Below are positions 36,552-45,441 of a DNA stretch of 64,000 nt, in pieces (the first letter of the stretch is position 1; every line of letters begins with the position of its first letter). The stretch is from the sequence record MZ475895.1. The stretch is one strand, 5' to 3'. The translations under genes were made by a program, and so were the position numbers. The notes beneath the pieces were generated by a model. It worked only from the letters and a program-made list of their open reading frames with translations, made no database searches and had not been told where the DNA came from.

Positions 36552-36832
36552 TGCAGTTTACTTCAAAAGAAGAAATAGACGAAACGTATGCAATGGTTGT
36601 TCATGCCATGCTGGCCGCCCTTGTGCCTGACGATACTCGCACAAAAGACCAACGCGTTCTCGACTACGTGGCGAAGCACTTAGCGCCCAATAACATTTTT
36701 GACAGGGATCTGTTTAGCATTACATTTGAACATCGGTTCAAGTTTCAAACAACACACAGGATGATGCGCAATGCTAAAGTGAGCGGCGCACCTTTTCTAT
36801 ATCTAAAGCAGGCTCATAGCCTAAAGAATTGA
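36551..36832 (+). CDS. hypothetical protein (93 aa)
   Basis: TAATG coupling. Confidence 0.7.
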   Translation: MQFTSKEEIDETYAMVVHAMLAALVPDDTRTKDQRVLDYVAKHLAPNNIFDRDLFSITFEHRFKFQTTHRMMRNAKVSGAPFLYLKQAHSLKN

Positions 36833-36842
36833 GGTTAGTATC

Positions 36843-37106
36843 ATGGCAGTAGGTTTCGCCAAAGATGATGACGTGTCCAACACCGTCGAAACAAACGTGC
36901 TGAATGAAATCGACCGCGCTCGTTCTGAGTTGCGTGGCGCTGGTAGTTCGCATTGTATCAACCCTGACTGTGGTGCAGAGATTCCACTCATGCGCCGCGT
37001 AGCAATGCCGAACGCTCGCTACTGCGTTAGCTGTCAAGCACACCACGACGGTACGCCGACTGCTGGCTACAATCGTCGTGGTTCCAAAGATTCTCAACTG
37101 AGGTAG
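36843..37106 (+). CDS. ybiI: DksA/TraR-family C4 zinc-finger protein, YbiI-like
   Basis: CINPDC..IP..RR.AMP.ARYCVSCQ; N-terminal MA.G.A.DD.V and C-terminal GYNRRGSKDSQLR as remembered for E. coli YbiI. Confidence 0.85.
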   Translation: MAVGFAKDDDVSNTVETNVLNEIDRARSELRGAGSSHCINPDCGAEIPLMRRVAMPNARYCVSCQAHHDGTPTAGYNRRGSKDSQLR

Positions 37107-37111
37107 AAACT

Positions 37112-37420
37112 ATGTTAAGCAAACTTTGGGCTGCCTTAGGGATAACTTATCCGTCAGTCGATAGCGCCCTACTCAAGAATGCAAAGTGTGTGCGTATAGG
37201 TCAGGACGGCTACTGCATTCGCTCTGCTTCTGGTTTTGCAGAAGCACTTACCCATCATATGGCCCGAGACTATGTTACTTTGGCCTCTGACACTGAGGCT
37301 AGAAAGAAGATTGTTGACCGAGCACAGTCTTTGACATACCCATGCGTTGTTTGGTTCACTGGTCATGATTTTAATTCTATGTCTGTGGGTGATCCAAACA
37401 TGGCCTACCCGGTACAATAG
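37112..37420 (+). CDS. hypothetical protein (102 aa)
   Basis: GAGG RBS. Confidence 0.7.
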   Translation: MLSKLWAALGITYPSVDSALLKNAKCVRIGQDGYCIRSASGFAEALTHHMARDYVTLASDTEARKKIVDRAQSLTYPCVVWFTGHDFNSMSVGDPNMAYPVQ

Positions 37421-37439
37421 AAAACACGTGGAGAATAAA

Positions 37440-37580
37440 ATGTCCGAACCAGACAGAGAGAGTGAAGTACCTTGTGCGCGATGCACTAAGCCCACACCTG
37501 TTGTTGATTTGGGTGGGCCTTACGGTGATCTGTGTGATGACTGTGTAACGCTGATGCGTGAAGAACAGGAGGAAGAATGA
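37440..37580 (+). CDS. small zinc-finger protein (46 aa)
   Basis: CARC...CDDC; GGAGA RBS. Confidence 0.6.
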   Translation: MSEPDRESEVPCARCTKPTPVVDLGGPYGDLCDDCVTLMREEQEEE

Positions 37581-37759
37581 AACTGTCCGAATCTGAGTTA
37601 GAGTCTTTGCGTTTTCGTATGCGTCTGCGTGAGCAACCCAAGCCGATGCCTGACACGCACAAAATGCCAGACAAGAAGTTTGACAGTCATAAGCTGGACA
37701 AGTCCACTGATATGACGCTCGGCGATGTTCGCCACCACTTCCCTCCAAAAGGAAATTGA
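37577..37759 (+). CDS. hypothetical protein (60 aa)
   Basis: GGAGG RBS. Confidence 0.6.
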   Translation: MKLSESELESLRFRMRLREQPKPMPDTHKMPDKKFDSHKLDKSTDMTLGDVRHHFPPKGN

Positions 37760-37760
37760 A

Positions 37761-38093
37761 ATGGAAGAGATTCTTGATGTTGACAGCAAGATGTATGCTG
37801 TCTATGACGGTCACGTTGTTACCAACTATCATCATGAAGGTAGCGGCGTGATGTACATCGAAGACAGCTTCTGGCTCAGCTTGAATCTGCGCGATGATCT
37901 TTTCCCTGCGCCTGCAACTCGTTTGGCGCATTACAAAAACATACACACTCGTTCTATTGATCGCGTCCGTGTTAGCACCCTTCAGGATATACGCGAATCC
38001 TTGTATAAGGTTCGTCACTATATTCGTTGGTTCGAGTATATCTCCGAAGATAAGCTGCAAGGTTTGCAGCACCTGTTCCGCGAACCTGATTAA
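37761..38093 (+). CDS. hypothetical protein (110 aa)
   Basis: AAGGA RBS before ATG 37761. Confidence 0.7.
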   Translation: MEEILDVDSKMYAVYDGHVVTNYHHEGSGVMYIEDSFWLSLNLRDDLFPAPATRLAHYKNIHTRSIDRVRVSTLQDIRESLYKVRHYIRWFEYISEDKLQGLQHLFREPD

Positions 38094-38151
38094 AGGTAAC
38101 GCTCATGTGTTTGCTAGTCAATTTCCTCAAGGACGAGGGTACGATGCGTAT

Positions 38152-38159
38152 CTGTAAAC
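38152..38159 (+). promoter_or_regulatory. CTGTAAAC motif
   Basis: Intergenic, 31 nt before ATG 38191. Confidence 0.5.
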
Positions 38160-38190
38160 GTATACAACAACCCAACTAAAGGTAGCGATC

Positions 38191-38556
38191 ATGATTTCTC
38201 GAATCAGTAATCTCCTCTTTGCCGAATCAATGTCCGTTGAGCAGTTAGCGCAGGCATTGCGTATTGAAAACTTCAACGCGACTGTTCGTGGTGAGTTCAA
38301 GTTGGTTGCTGGCACTAACTCCAGTGGCTATATTACTTCTGCACTGTCAGGCCCTGTCGAAGTGCTGCGCGACCTGAAAGGCGTTCAGACTTTGAAAGAT
38401 GCAGGATTCTCTGACCCTGACATTGCACTCGCTCTCGGCATCGACCGTTTGCGTCTCAAGAAAGTTTATAACGAGGCACGCAAGAGCAACAAGAAGCCTG
38501 TTGAGCCGGCTCCAGTGCAGCGTACCTCTAAAGCAATTTCACTCGACGATCTGTAA
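38191..38556 (+). CDS. putative HTH protein (121 aa)
   Basis: MSVEQLAQALRI and AGFSDPDIALALGIDRLRLKKV HTH-like segments. Confidence 0.55.
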   Translation: MISRISNLLFAESMSVEQLAQALRIENFNATVRGEFKLVAGTNSSGYITSALSGPVEVLRDLKGVQTLKDAGFSDPDIALALGIDRLRLKKVYNEARKSNKKPVEPAPVQRTSKAISLDDL

Positions 38557-38566
38557 GGAAACAATC

Positions 38567-39271
38567 ATGACAAGTAAATTTGAAAAGTCGGATGCATCTA
38601 CTCGCCGCGCCGAACTGCTGGTACTGATGTGTGAGATCTACACGTCATTGCGTGACCAGTCGTTGTCTGAGTCAGAGACAAAAGCCTTTGCGTTGTTCAA
38701 AGACATTATGGATTTGGCTGACGTGCGCACAGTCGATGCCGTGTTTTCTGAAATCGAACACGAACTGGATCCTAAAGTTGAAGGTCTGCTGAATTATGTC
38801 CACAGAACGTTTATGCTGCATGACACTCTGTGCAAAGCTGAGGCAGAAGCCGCAGCAAAACTCAAAGCTGAGGAGGCGCGTGAGCATGTACGCAAACACA
38901 CGTACAAGCCTCCTGTGGAAAAGCTCATTAGTAAAGAGCAGATAACCGAACTGTGTGCAGGCCTGACTGCATACGTTGAACGCGAAGATGTTCGACCTAA
39001 AGTCAACGTCGATCTTATCGATGATATCCTCGAATCGTTGGACAAGAACTACACGTTCATCGACACGCTCGACCTGTCCAATCACCTTGAAGGTGAAGAT
39101 CTGAAAACTGCCGTCAAGCTGATTGAAGACGCAGTGACCGAGAGCCACCAACCACTGAAAGAAGTCATGGACACTATCTGGTGCCACATGGCTAAACGCG
39201 ATTTGCCTGCCGTTGACTTCTTTGACCAATACGGCAATGCCGAAGATGAGAACTATGCACTTGCACCTTAA
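38567..39271 (+). CDS. hypothetical helical protein (234 aa)
   Basis: AAGGA RBS before ATG 38567. Confidence 0.75.
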   Translation: MTSKFEKSDASTRRAELLVLMCEIYTSLRDQSLSESETKAFALFKDIMDLADVRTVDAVFSEIEHELDPKVEGLLNYVHRTFMLHDTLCKAEAEAAAKLKAEEAREHVRKHTYKPPVEKLISKEQITELCAGLTAYVEREDVRPKVNVDLIDDILESLDKNYTFIDTLDLSNHLEGEDLKTAVKLIEDAVTESHQPLKEVMDTIWCHMAKRDLPAVDFFDQYGNAEDENYALAP

Positions 39272-39452
39272 ACGTTATTGGCGGGCACTCATTGTGTTGC
39301 TCGTCGTTTTCATCATTAGTTGTTTGCTGCCCATTCTTGAAGTGCGCAACCCAACACTGACTCTTATCGTGGTCGTGATTGTTGCCTGCTACTTCATTGC
39401 AGTCTGGGCATACAAACCTGTTAAAGCAATTAAGGAAGAGTTGGATGACTAG
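39255..39452 (+). CDS. small 2-TM membrane protein (65 aa)
   Basis: Two strongly hydrophobic segments. Confidence 0.6.
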   Translation: MHLHLKRYWRALIVLLVVFIISCLLPILEVRNPTLTLIVVVIVACYFIAVWAYKPVKAIKEELDD

Positions 39453-40002
39453 TCGTAAGAACGAGGTCAAGTTGACTGACGCTGAGATAGCCGCAGGCGC
39501 ACGGCAGATACTTGAGATGCTGGTTAGTATGCGTCTCAGTGCGCATCATCAGGATGTCGGCTATGAAACGCTGTACACCGATTCTTTGGGTGAGACGCAG
39601 GGCGGTTGGTACGTAGCATTCGACAGCATGAGCCGTACTCGACTCAAAGAATCCAAAGCTGTATCGTGGCGCAACGTTGGCATGGTCTCTGGTGATTCGC
39701 TCGAAGATGTTCTCACAACGCTACGAACGCTCCGCCGCGATATGTCCAATCGCGTACATGCGCCCACACCAGAAGAACGTGAGCGCGTACTCAACTTGCG
39801 TGATAGCAACATACGCAACGCACTGACTAAGTTCCACAAGGGTGAGTCGCTGTCTGATGGTGAACTCAACCTGAGCATTAAGCATTTTCAGTCGTTAGAG
39901 AATGCGCTTCGCGTAGATGAGTTGTTGCAACTTGCAGCACCCTACATTACTCAGAATCTCAACGTGCTCTTAGGATATAAAGAAGCACGCCGTCGCAAAT
40001 AA
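39445..40002 (+). CDS. hypothetical protein (185 aa)
   Basis: AGGAAG RBS before ATG 39445. Confidence 0.75.
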   Translation: MTSRKNEVKLTDAEIAAGARQILEMLVSMRLSAHHQDVGYETLYTDSLGETQGGWYVAFDSMSRTRLKESKAVSWRNVGMVSGDSLEDVLTTLRTLRRDMSNRVHAPTPEERERVLNLRDSNIRNALTKFHKGESLSDGELNLSIKHFQSLENALRVDELLQLAAPYITQNLNVLLGYKEARRRK

Positions 40003-40007
40003 CAATC

Positions 40008-40038
40008 GGGAGATCCCTAACAAGGGGTTTCCCTTTTT
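40008..40038 (+). terminator. intrinsic terminator
   Basis: GGGAGATCCC...GGGGTTTCCC-TTTTT. Confidence 0.8.
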
Positions 40039-40058
40039 GCATTTCTGGAGCAAATTTT

Positions 40059-41039
40059 ATGCGTTTTGGTTTCGCCTGCAAACTGCTTGATGACAACGGT
40101 AAACAACCGTACACGAACAAGAGCCTGAGCTATGCTCACTTCTCCAAGCTGTCTCAGACAGAGCAGCAAGAAAAGCTGGTGCTCGTCGTCACACACAATC
40201 TGACCTCGTTACTTGAGATGATCAGACACGTTGGTCGTCTGCGTACAGACTTGCGCATGTTTCGAATCACAAGCGAGCTACTTCCGCTGTTCACGCACCC
40301 GATGGTCACACGCATGTATCTCCAAACACACATGACCAAACTGACAGACACGATGTTGGCAACATGTGGTGCAGCGGCTAGACGTCTTGGTGTTCGACTG
40401 TCATTCCACCCTGGTCAGTTTACCGTGCTTGCGTCTGACCGACCCGACGTTATGCTCAACTCGATTAACGAAATGGAATATCACGCCTACTGTGCGCAGG
40501 CTATGGGCTACGGTCGTAAGTTCCAAGATTTCAAAATCAACATTCATTTGAGTGGTCGTCGTGGTGCCACAGGTTTCAGAGACGCCTACTCTCGTCTAAG
40601 CGATCATTGTCGCAAGATGATCACGGTAGAGAATGACGAGTACACTTCCTCGATCGAGGATTGTCTTGAGCTTGCCGACATTTGTCCTGTTGTTCTCGAC
40701 ATTCACCATCACTGGGTAATGACTAACGAATACATTCAGCCGACCGATGATCGTGTTCAACGTGTCATTGACTCGTGGCGAGGCGTTCGCCCTGTTGCGC
40801 ATTACTCTGTGTCACGCCCAGAGTTCATACCGTCTACAGGTCTGCCTGATCAGAACAAGCTAGAAGCAAAGTCTGCCTCGCTGCGTGCTCATTCTGACTA
40901 CTACCACAATGACAGCGTAAACGAGTGGGCCCTCAGCTTCGAGCAATTCGACCTGATGTGCGAGTCTAAAGCGAAGAATCTAGCACGCACGAAACTAGCC
41001 CTTTTTAAGGGCAACTCTGCACAAATATGGTCAAAATAA
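40059..41039 (+). CDS. uvsE: UV damage endonuclease (UVDE/UvsE)
   Basis: RFGFACK, MFRITSELLP, RLSFHPGQFTVLAS.RPDV..NSI.E..YHA, INIH, TVENDE, PVVLDIHHH. Confidence 0.93.
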   Translation: MRFGFACKLLDDNGKQPYTNKSLSYAHFSKLSQTEQQEKLVLVVTHNLTSLLEMIRHVGRLRTDLRMFRITSELLPLFTHPMVTRMYLQTHMTKLTDTMLATCGAAARRLGVRLSFHPGQFTVLASDRPDVMLNSINEMEYHAYCAQAMGYGRKFQDFKINIHLSGRRGATGFRDAYSRLSDHCRKMITVENDEYTSSIEDCLELADICPVVLDIHHHWVMTNEYIQPTDDRVQRVIDSWRGVRPVAHYSVSRPEFIPSTGLPDQNKLEAKSASLRAHSDYYHNDSVNEWALSFEQFDLMCESKAKNLARTKLALFKGNSAQIWSK

Positions 41040-41072
41040 GGCTTGTTTTAGAAGGTGCCCCTATGATACACT
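41029..41072 (+). promoter_or_regulatory. GGWCAAAAT-box promoter (copy 5)
   Basis: GGTCAAAAT 41029, TATGA-TACACT 41067. Confidence 0.7.
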
Positions 41073-41123
41073 GATTACGAGCACTGTATGCTCGTTTCTA
41101 CTGATTCAAGAGGATAAGACAAT

Positions 41124-41420
41124 ATGTTCATTACAACTCTAAACGCAAACACTGCGAAACCTGCACCGAAAGCAATCAACCACATGAACCTCGACCTTGC
41201 ACCTTCTGGTCGCATTTCTTGTGTCTGGCCTGGCGCACTCGATGTTCCTGCGAACATCAAACGTTTCTGCCGTGCTTGTGAAATCATTACCGACCTTGAC
41301 CCATGTATGCGTCTTCGTTTCAAAGGTCGTCGCTCTGACGTTCTGGCGCTCATTACCAAGATCGCTCCTGACAACCCTGACCTCGCAGCGCGAATTGCGG
41401 GCACTATCACTGAGGCTTAA
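41124..41420 (+). CDS. hypothetical protein (98 aa)
   Basis: GAGGA RBS. Confidence 0.75.
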   Translation: MFITTLNANTAKPAPKAINHMNLDLAPSGRISCVWPGALDVPANIKRFCRACEIITDLDPCMRLRFKGRRSDVLALITKIAPDNPDLAARIAGTITEA

Positions 41421-41421
41421 A

Positions 41422-41685
41422 ATGAAAATCCCCTGTCTGAATGCTGTGTATGGTATTACGAACACCAATACTCCACTCGTGGATAAACGCGGCTTTCGTT
41501 GTATTGAATCGAAATATGTTGACGGAACGGAGGTTAGATTACAACGACAAGCCCATGACATTCATGAACGTGTGGTAGTGGCCTATGACCAGTATGGTCG
41601 TGCAGTGTATGGAACACTGACTCCGCCCGCATCGTTCGAAGTGCGTGACAGCAAGGAAAGCGACCAATATAACAAGGCGCCCTAG
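41422..41685 (+). CDS. hypothetical protein (87 aa)
   Basis: GAGG RBS before ATG 41422. Confidence 0.65.
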   Translation: MKIPCLNAVYGITNTNTPLVDKRGFRCIESKYVDGTEVRLQRQAHDIHERVVVAYDQYGRAVYGTLTPPASFEVRDSKESDQYNKAP

Positions 41686-41763
41686 CAAGCTCACAACGAA
41701 GCCATAGAATGAATACTAAGAAGTCTAACAATTCATGCGCTGACCTACTCGTGGGGTGTCAAA

Positions 41764-42141
41764 ATGATCGTAGTATGTAACTCTTCAAAGGAATTTTCTG
41801 TTGAACGTTTGAAACACGGGGACGCATTTGTATTCGGCAAGACGCGAATGCTTCTGCGAGCGGACTATCTGATACTAACAGATAAGCACAATGCTTTTTA
41901 CGTGGTTCGCAAATCTGATGTTGTTTGGGCTCCCGAATTAACTGGCGCTACGCACATGATTAAGATCAGGGCGTATGCCCAGATTAAGCCGTTCGAACTC
42001 CATGCAGCATGTCCACAGTTCAATGGTCGTGTTTACGGAACAATCGCTTTCCGTAACCCACACTTTGAACATAGAATGAATACACTTCGTTATAGTGAGA
42101 CAATCTTTGGAGGTCAACATGGCACGGTATCATGTGTTTAG
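41764..42141 (+). CDS. hypothetical protein (125 aa)
   Basis: GGGGT RBS. Confidence 0.65.
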   Translation: MIVVCNSSKEFSVERLKHGDAFVFGKTRMLLRADYLILTDKHNAFYVVRKSDVVWAPELTGATHMIKIRAYAQIKPFELHAACPQFNGRVYGTIAFRNPHFEHRMNTLRYSETIFGGQHGTVSCV

Positions 42142-42367
42142 TGCAGAAAGCAAATACTACGGCGAAGCATACGAGGGAACGCACTTAAAAGCGATTGACC
42201 TCGGGTACCCAGTTACCCACGCCGAGTTTAAAAATTTCGAGAGTGCTAAGGAATGCGCAGATAAGTTACATGAGGTTTGCGATATGGGCTGGATTGTATA
42301 CAACGCTTTTTCAGAAGTACCTGTATACGACAGCCGCACTATTGAAGGTGAGTCTGTAAATAACTAA
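42119..42367 (+). CDS. hypothetical protein (82 aa)
   Basis: GGAGG RBS before ATG 42119. Confidence 0.7.
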   Translation: MARYHVFSAESKYYGEAYEGTHLKAIDLGYPVTHAEFKNFESAKECADKLHEVCDMGWIVYNAFSEVPVYDSRTIEGESVNN

Positions 42368-42438
42368 CAGACGACCTTGCATCTTCCGTGTGATGCTTAC
42401 GGGCGTCACGCACATTCACTGTGATAATGAGGTTCAAA

Positions 42439-42954
42439 ATGAAATACGCTTCAATCGTTCTTGCTACTCTGCTTGCCACTTCTTTCGCTGCGTCTGCCGC
42501 TAACTATAAAGCACCAGCGCCTGTTAAGGGTATGCAGTCTAGCGGTATGCACATCGATGATCAACTGGACGATAGCTGCCAGACCAAACTGTCTCAAGCC
42601 ATCGACTTGCGCGACTCTGTTGTTGACTTCACTGTTAGTCGCAATCAGATTGATACTGTGGCCGCTTGGCCGCTTGTGTGTTCCCCAACAGTCGAAGCAA
42701 AGACTGTTAGTGTTGAGCGTATGGGTTCTGACCTGACGATCACTTACGTTAACAACGACGACACGCTGCACCCGCTGACTCTGACATTGCAGCGTGTTGA
42801 ATCTGAATCCGAAGATGACGCACCAGCGTATCAGATCGTCCAAGTAGGCGACATGAACGCAATGGGTTATCAAGAGCAGGCTGACGTTAAAGATTGGCTG
42901 CTGGACTGTTACGCTGCTACGTTGCAGACTGGCATTCCACTGAGCATGAACTAA
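42439..42954 (+). CDS. exported (Sec signal peptide) protein, 171 aa
   Basis: MKYASIVLATLLATSFAASA|AN classic A-x-A cleavage; GAGG RBS. Confidence 0.8.
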   Translation: MKYASIVLATLLATSFAASAANYKAPAPVKGMQSSGMHIDDQLDDSCQTKLSQAIDLRDSVVDFTVSRNQIDTVAAWPLVCSPTVEAKTVSVERMGSDLTITYVNNDDTLHPLTLTLQRVESESEDDAPAYQIVQVGDMNAMGYQEQADVKDWLLDCYAATLQTGIPLSMN

Positions 42955-43232
42955 TGCAGCACCGTCGTAAAGTAAAGGCCGAGTCAAAGCAACGTTCAAT
43001 ACCCGAAGACTGGCCTGTATTCAAAGACATGTTGCTGACGTTGCGCATCGCTGTACTCACGGACGAGAAACCTCACGCTAAACTGCGTGCGCTTGCTCTC
43101 CAATGGTATACAGATGGGAAGTATCGTAACCCTGTCTGTGATTCTGTTCTGCTTAGGTTGACCGCTGAGAAACGACCTAAGCAAACTCTTGATCAATTGA
43201 TCACTCTCTATAACTTTCTTGAGGAAGAATAA
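42954..43232 (+). CDS. hypothetical protein (92 aa)
   Basis: TAATG coupling. Confidence 0.65.
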   Translation: MQHRRKVKAESKQRSIPEDWPVFKDMLLTLRIAVLTDEKPHAKLRALALQWYTDGKYRNPVCDSVLLRLTAEKRPKQTLDQLITLYNFLEEE

Positions 43233-43234
43233 AA

Positions 43235-44446
43235 ATGGCTATCATTTCCGCAGAAGAACAAGCGCGTCTGGACTCACTTGCTGCTATCGTAGCTAAGATG
43301 TGGGCACAAGGCGGCCCTGCTGTGCGTGATGCTCTGCGCTACGTTGCTAACCAAATGCTGAGCGACGAGCATTCATTCCTGTACGAAGAAGTGCCTGGTG
43401 TAACGCCTGACATTGAATCTGTCTACCACCATCTGAGCGATTTGCCACTGACGGGTATGACCCGCATCGTGCGCAATCCTGACTTGATCAGCTCGCTTGA
43501 AGATCTGATGAACAAAAACGAGCGTGAGATCTTCGGCTCTGCCGTACGTAACAGCGCGTACACTATGTTCAAACTTTTACCGCAGAATGAAACCTCGGTG
43601 TTCTGCCATCCAGGTAAAGGTGCTACCTCTCGCACCCAGCCGCGTCAGGTCGCTGAAAGACTGCATCGCGGTTTAAGCTACATGTTGTCCGTGCGCGGTC
43701 TGGACGCGTATATCAAAAAGGCTGATAATCAGATTCGCTCTTACGGGCATACTCGCCTAGCCTCTCTGGTAATCGCAGTCGCAGTCAAAGGCGAACGCAG
43801 TGTTGCTACTCGCATCGTACCTCTGTGGCGTATGGACGATCACACGGAAGAGGTAGGCACGATTGAACTTGATCAGGATATCCCGAACGATCAGCCCGCT
43901 TACTCAACTGCGGTAGAAACCGATAGTCAGGTTTGGCAGAAGTTCGATGCAGAACACCTTATCGCTATCCTGCTCAAGCATGAGAATCATAGCGCGTCTA
44001 AGTTACGTGGCATGGACCGCGAAGAATTAGACGATACCTATGAAGCCTTCGTTGATGACTATCTTGACGACAACCAAGATGAGGAAGAAGATGAAGGGTG
44101 GGACGAAGAAGAGGATGAAGACGAAGAAGATGCCTTCTGTCCTGAAATCCCTTCGCGCCTAGCTCTGCCTATTGAACTGCCTATTGTTAATCTCGAACGT
44201 CCGAAGTTGGACATTCGTCCAGGTATGCGTTTGAAGACCAAAAAGCCTAAACAGTCTCATATTCAGAATATTCTGATTGATCCAGTTTGGCACGCAGTTG
44301 ACCTACAAGACGAGAACAATATTCATTATTTCAGTGTGTCTATTGTTGCCCGTGATACTGTCGGTCATAAGGCTATTTCAGCTTCGCCGCTTGAAGCACT
44401 GACTATCTCCAACGTGCTGATGCAGATCGCTGAAACTAACACTTAA
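43235..44446 (+). CDS. hypothetical protein with acidic tract (403 aa)
   Basis: GAGGA RBS; DDNQDEEEDEGWDEEEDEDEED. Confidence 0.8.
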   Translation: MAIISAEEQARLDSLAAIVAKMWAQGGPAVRDALRYVANQMLSDEHSFLYEEVPGVTPDIESVYHHLSDLPLTGMTRIVRNPDLISSLEDLMNKNEREIFGSAVRNSAYTMFKLLPQNETSVFCHPGKGATSRTQPRQVAERLHRGLSYMLSVRGLDAYIKKADNQIRSYGHTRLASLVIAVAVKGERSVATRIVPLWRMDDHTEEVGTIELDQDIPNDQPAYSTAVETDSQVWQKFDAEHLIAILLKHENHSASKLRGMDREELDDTYEAFVDDYLDDNQDEEEDEGWDEEEDEDEEDAFCPEIPSRLALPIELPIVNLERPKLDIRPGMRLKTKKPKQSHIQNILIDPVWHAVDLQDENNIHYFSVSIVARDTVGHKAISASPLEALTISNVLMQIAETNT

Positions 44447-44448
44447 CT

Positions 44449-44491
44449 GGACAAAACAGCGCTTCTTAACGAGGCGCTTTTCTGCTATAAT
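44449..44491 (+). promoter_or_regulatory. GGWCAAAAT-box promoter (copy 6)
   Basis: GGACAAAAC 44449, TGC-TATAAT 44486. Confidence 0.7.
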
Positions 44492-44557
44492 AGCAGCTAG
44501 AGCATAAGCTCTCACGTTTGCATTTACTATACGTTAAATACGGGAACCTCACATATT

Positions 44558-44860
44558 ATGGCACGTAACATTTCACGCAAGAAAGCGCTCGACCTGATGG
44601 CAAAAACTTACAACGAAAAACATCCAGAGTATTTGCCGCGCCTCATGAAAGAGGACATGAATGCGAAAGACCTGTTCGAATTCCGTGAAGATGTTGTAGC
44701 TCAAATTCAGGCAGGTTTGAATCCTGCGAAAGTTGTTGATGATATGATCGACAACGCAATACGCGTCACCACGATGCGCCGCCGTATGAGCAATGATTAT
44801 AATCCGAAAATCTCCGACGTTCTTACCGATGAACTGCGTGAGGAACTTCGTAAACTCTAA
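44558..44860 (+). CDS. hypothetical protein (100 aa)
   Basis: First gene after promoter. Confidence 0.75.
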   Translation: MARNISRKKALDLMAKTYNEKHPEYLPRLMKEDMNAKDLFEFREDVVAQIQAGLNPAKVVDDMIDNAIRVTTMRRRMSNDYNPKISDVLTDELREELRKL

Positions 44861-44869
44861 GGAATAAAA

Positions 44870-45430
44870 ATGAAAAACTACGGTTACTTCTTTATCCTGA
44901 ATCACATCGCACTCGCCGTAGATAGCGCCAGCAAGGAAGCTGGCTTTAAAGATTTGGTTGAGCTGGACATGTTCAATCGCGCTTCTGTTTTAGTTGTAGC
45001 TGACGCCGAGCCAAGGGGACGTCAGATTGCAAACGATTTGACCGCTGCACTTTATCCACGAGCGGCTGATTGTGTGCCAACAGTTGAGCAACGCATGATG
45101 TTAGTGCAAGCTCTGCATGATGCCGAAATCGAAAAGATTCTTGGCAACATCCGCTTCTTCGTACCGCACGCTCACACGCGAGAAGATTTGATTTCGCGTT
45201 TCGGCTTTTACGTGGAGAACGATCAGCCTGCGCTGTTTATGCCGTACTACATGCGAAAGCATATTCTCAGTGATACCGCTGTGTTCTGCGAGGGGCGTCT
45301 GACTTCATTCAGAGACGCTTGCTCTAACGGAACTGTCACTGAGAACATCCGTGACTACGGCCTATTGACTGCGCAAGCGTACGGAAAAGACAACGTGCCT
45401 GAAATGTATCAGGACCTGCCTTTGTTTTAA
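44870..45430 (+). CDS. hypothetical protein (186 aa)
   Basis: AAGGA RBS. Confidence 0.8.
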   Translation: MKNYGYFFILNHIALAVDSASKEAGFKDLVELDMFNRASVLVVADAEPRGRQIANDLTAALYPRAADCVPTVEQRMMLVQALHDAEIEKILGNIRFFVPHAHTREDLISRFGFYVENDQPALFMPYYMRKHILSDTAVFCEGRLTSFRDACSNGTVTENIRDYGLLTAQAYGKDNVPEMYQDLPLF

Positions 45431-45441
45431 GGAGACACCTC

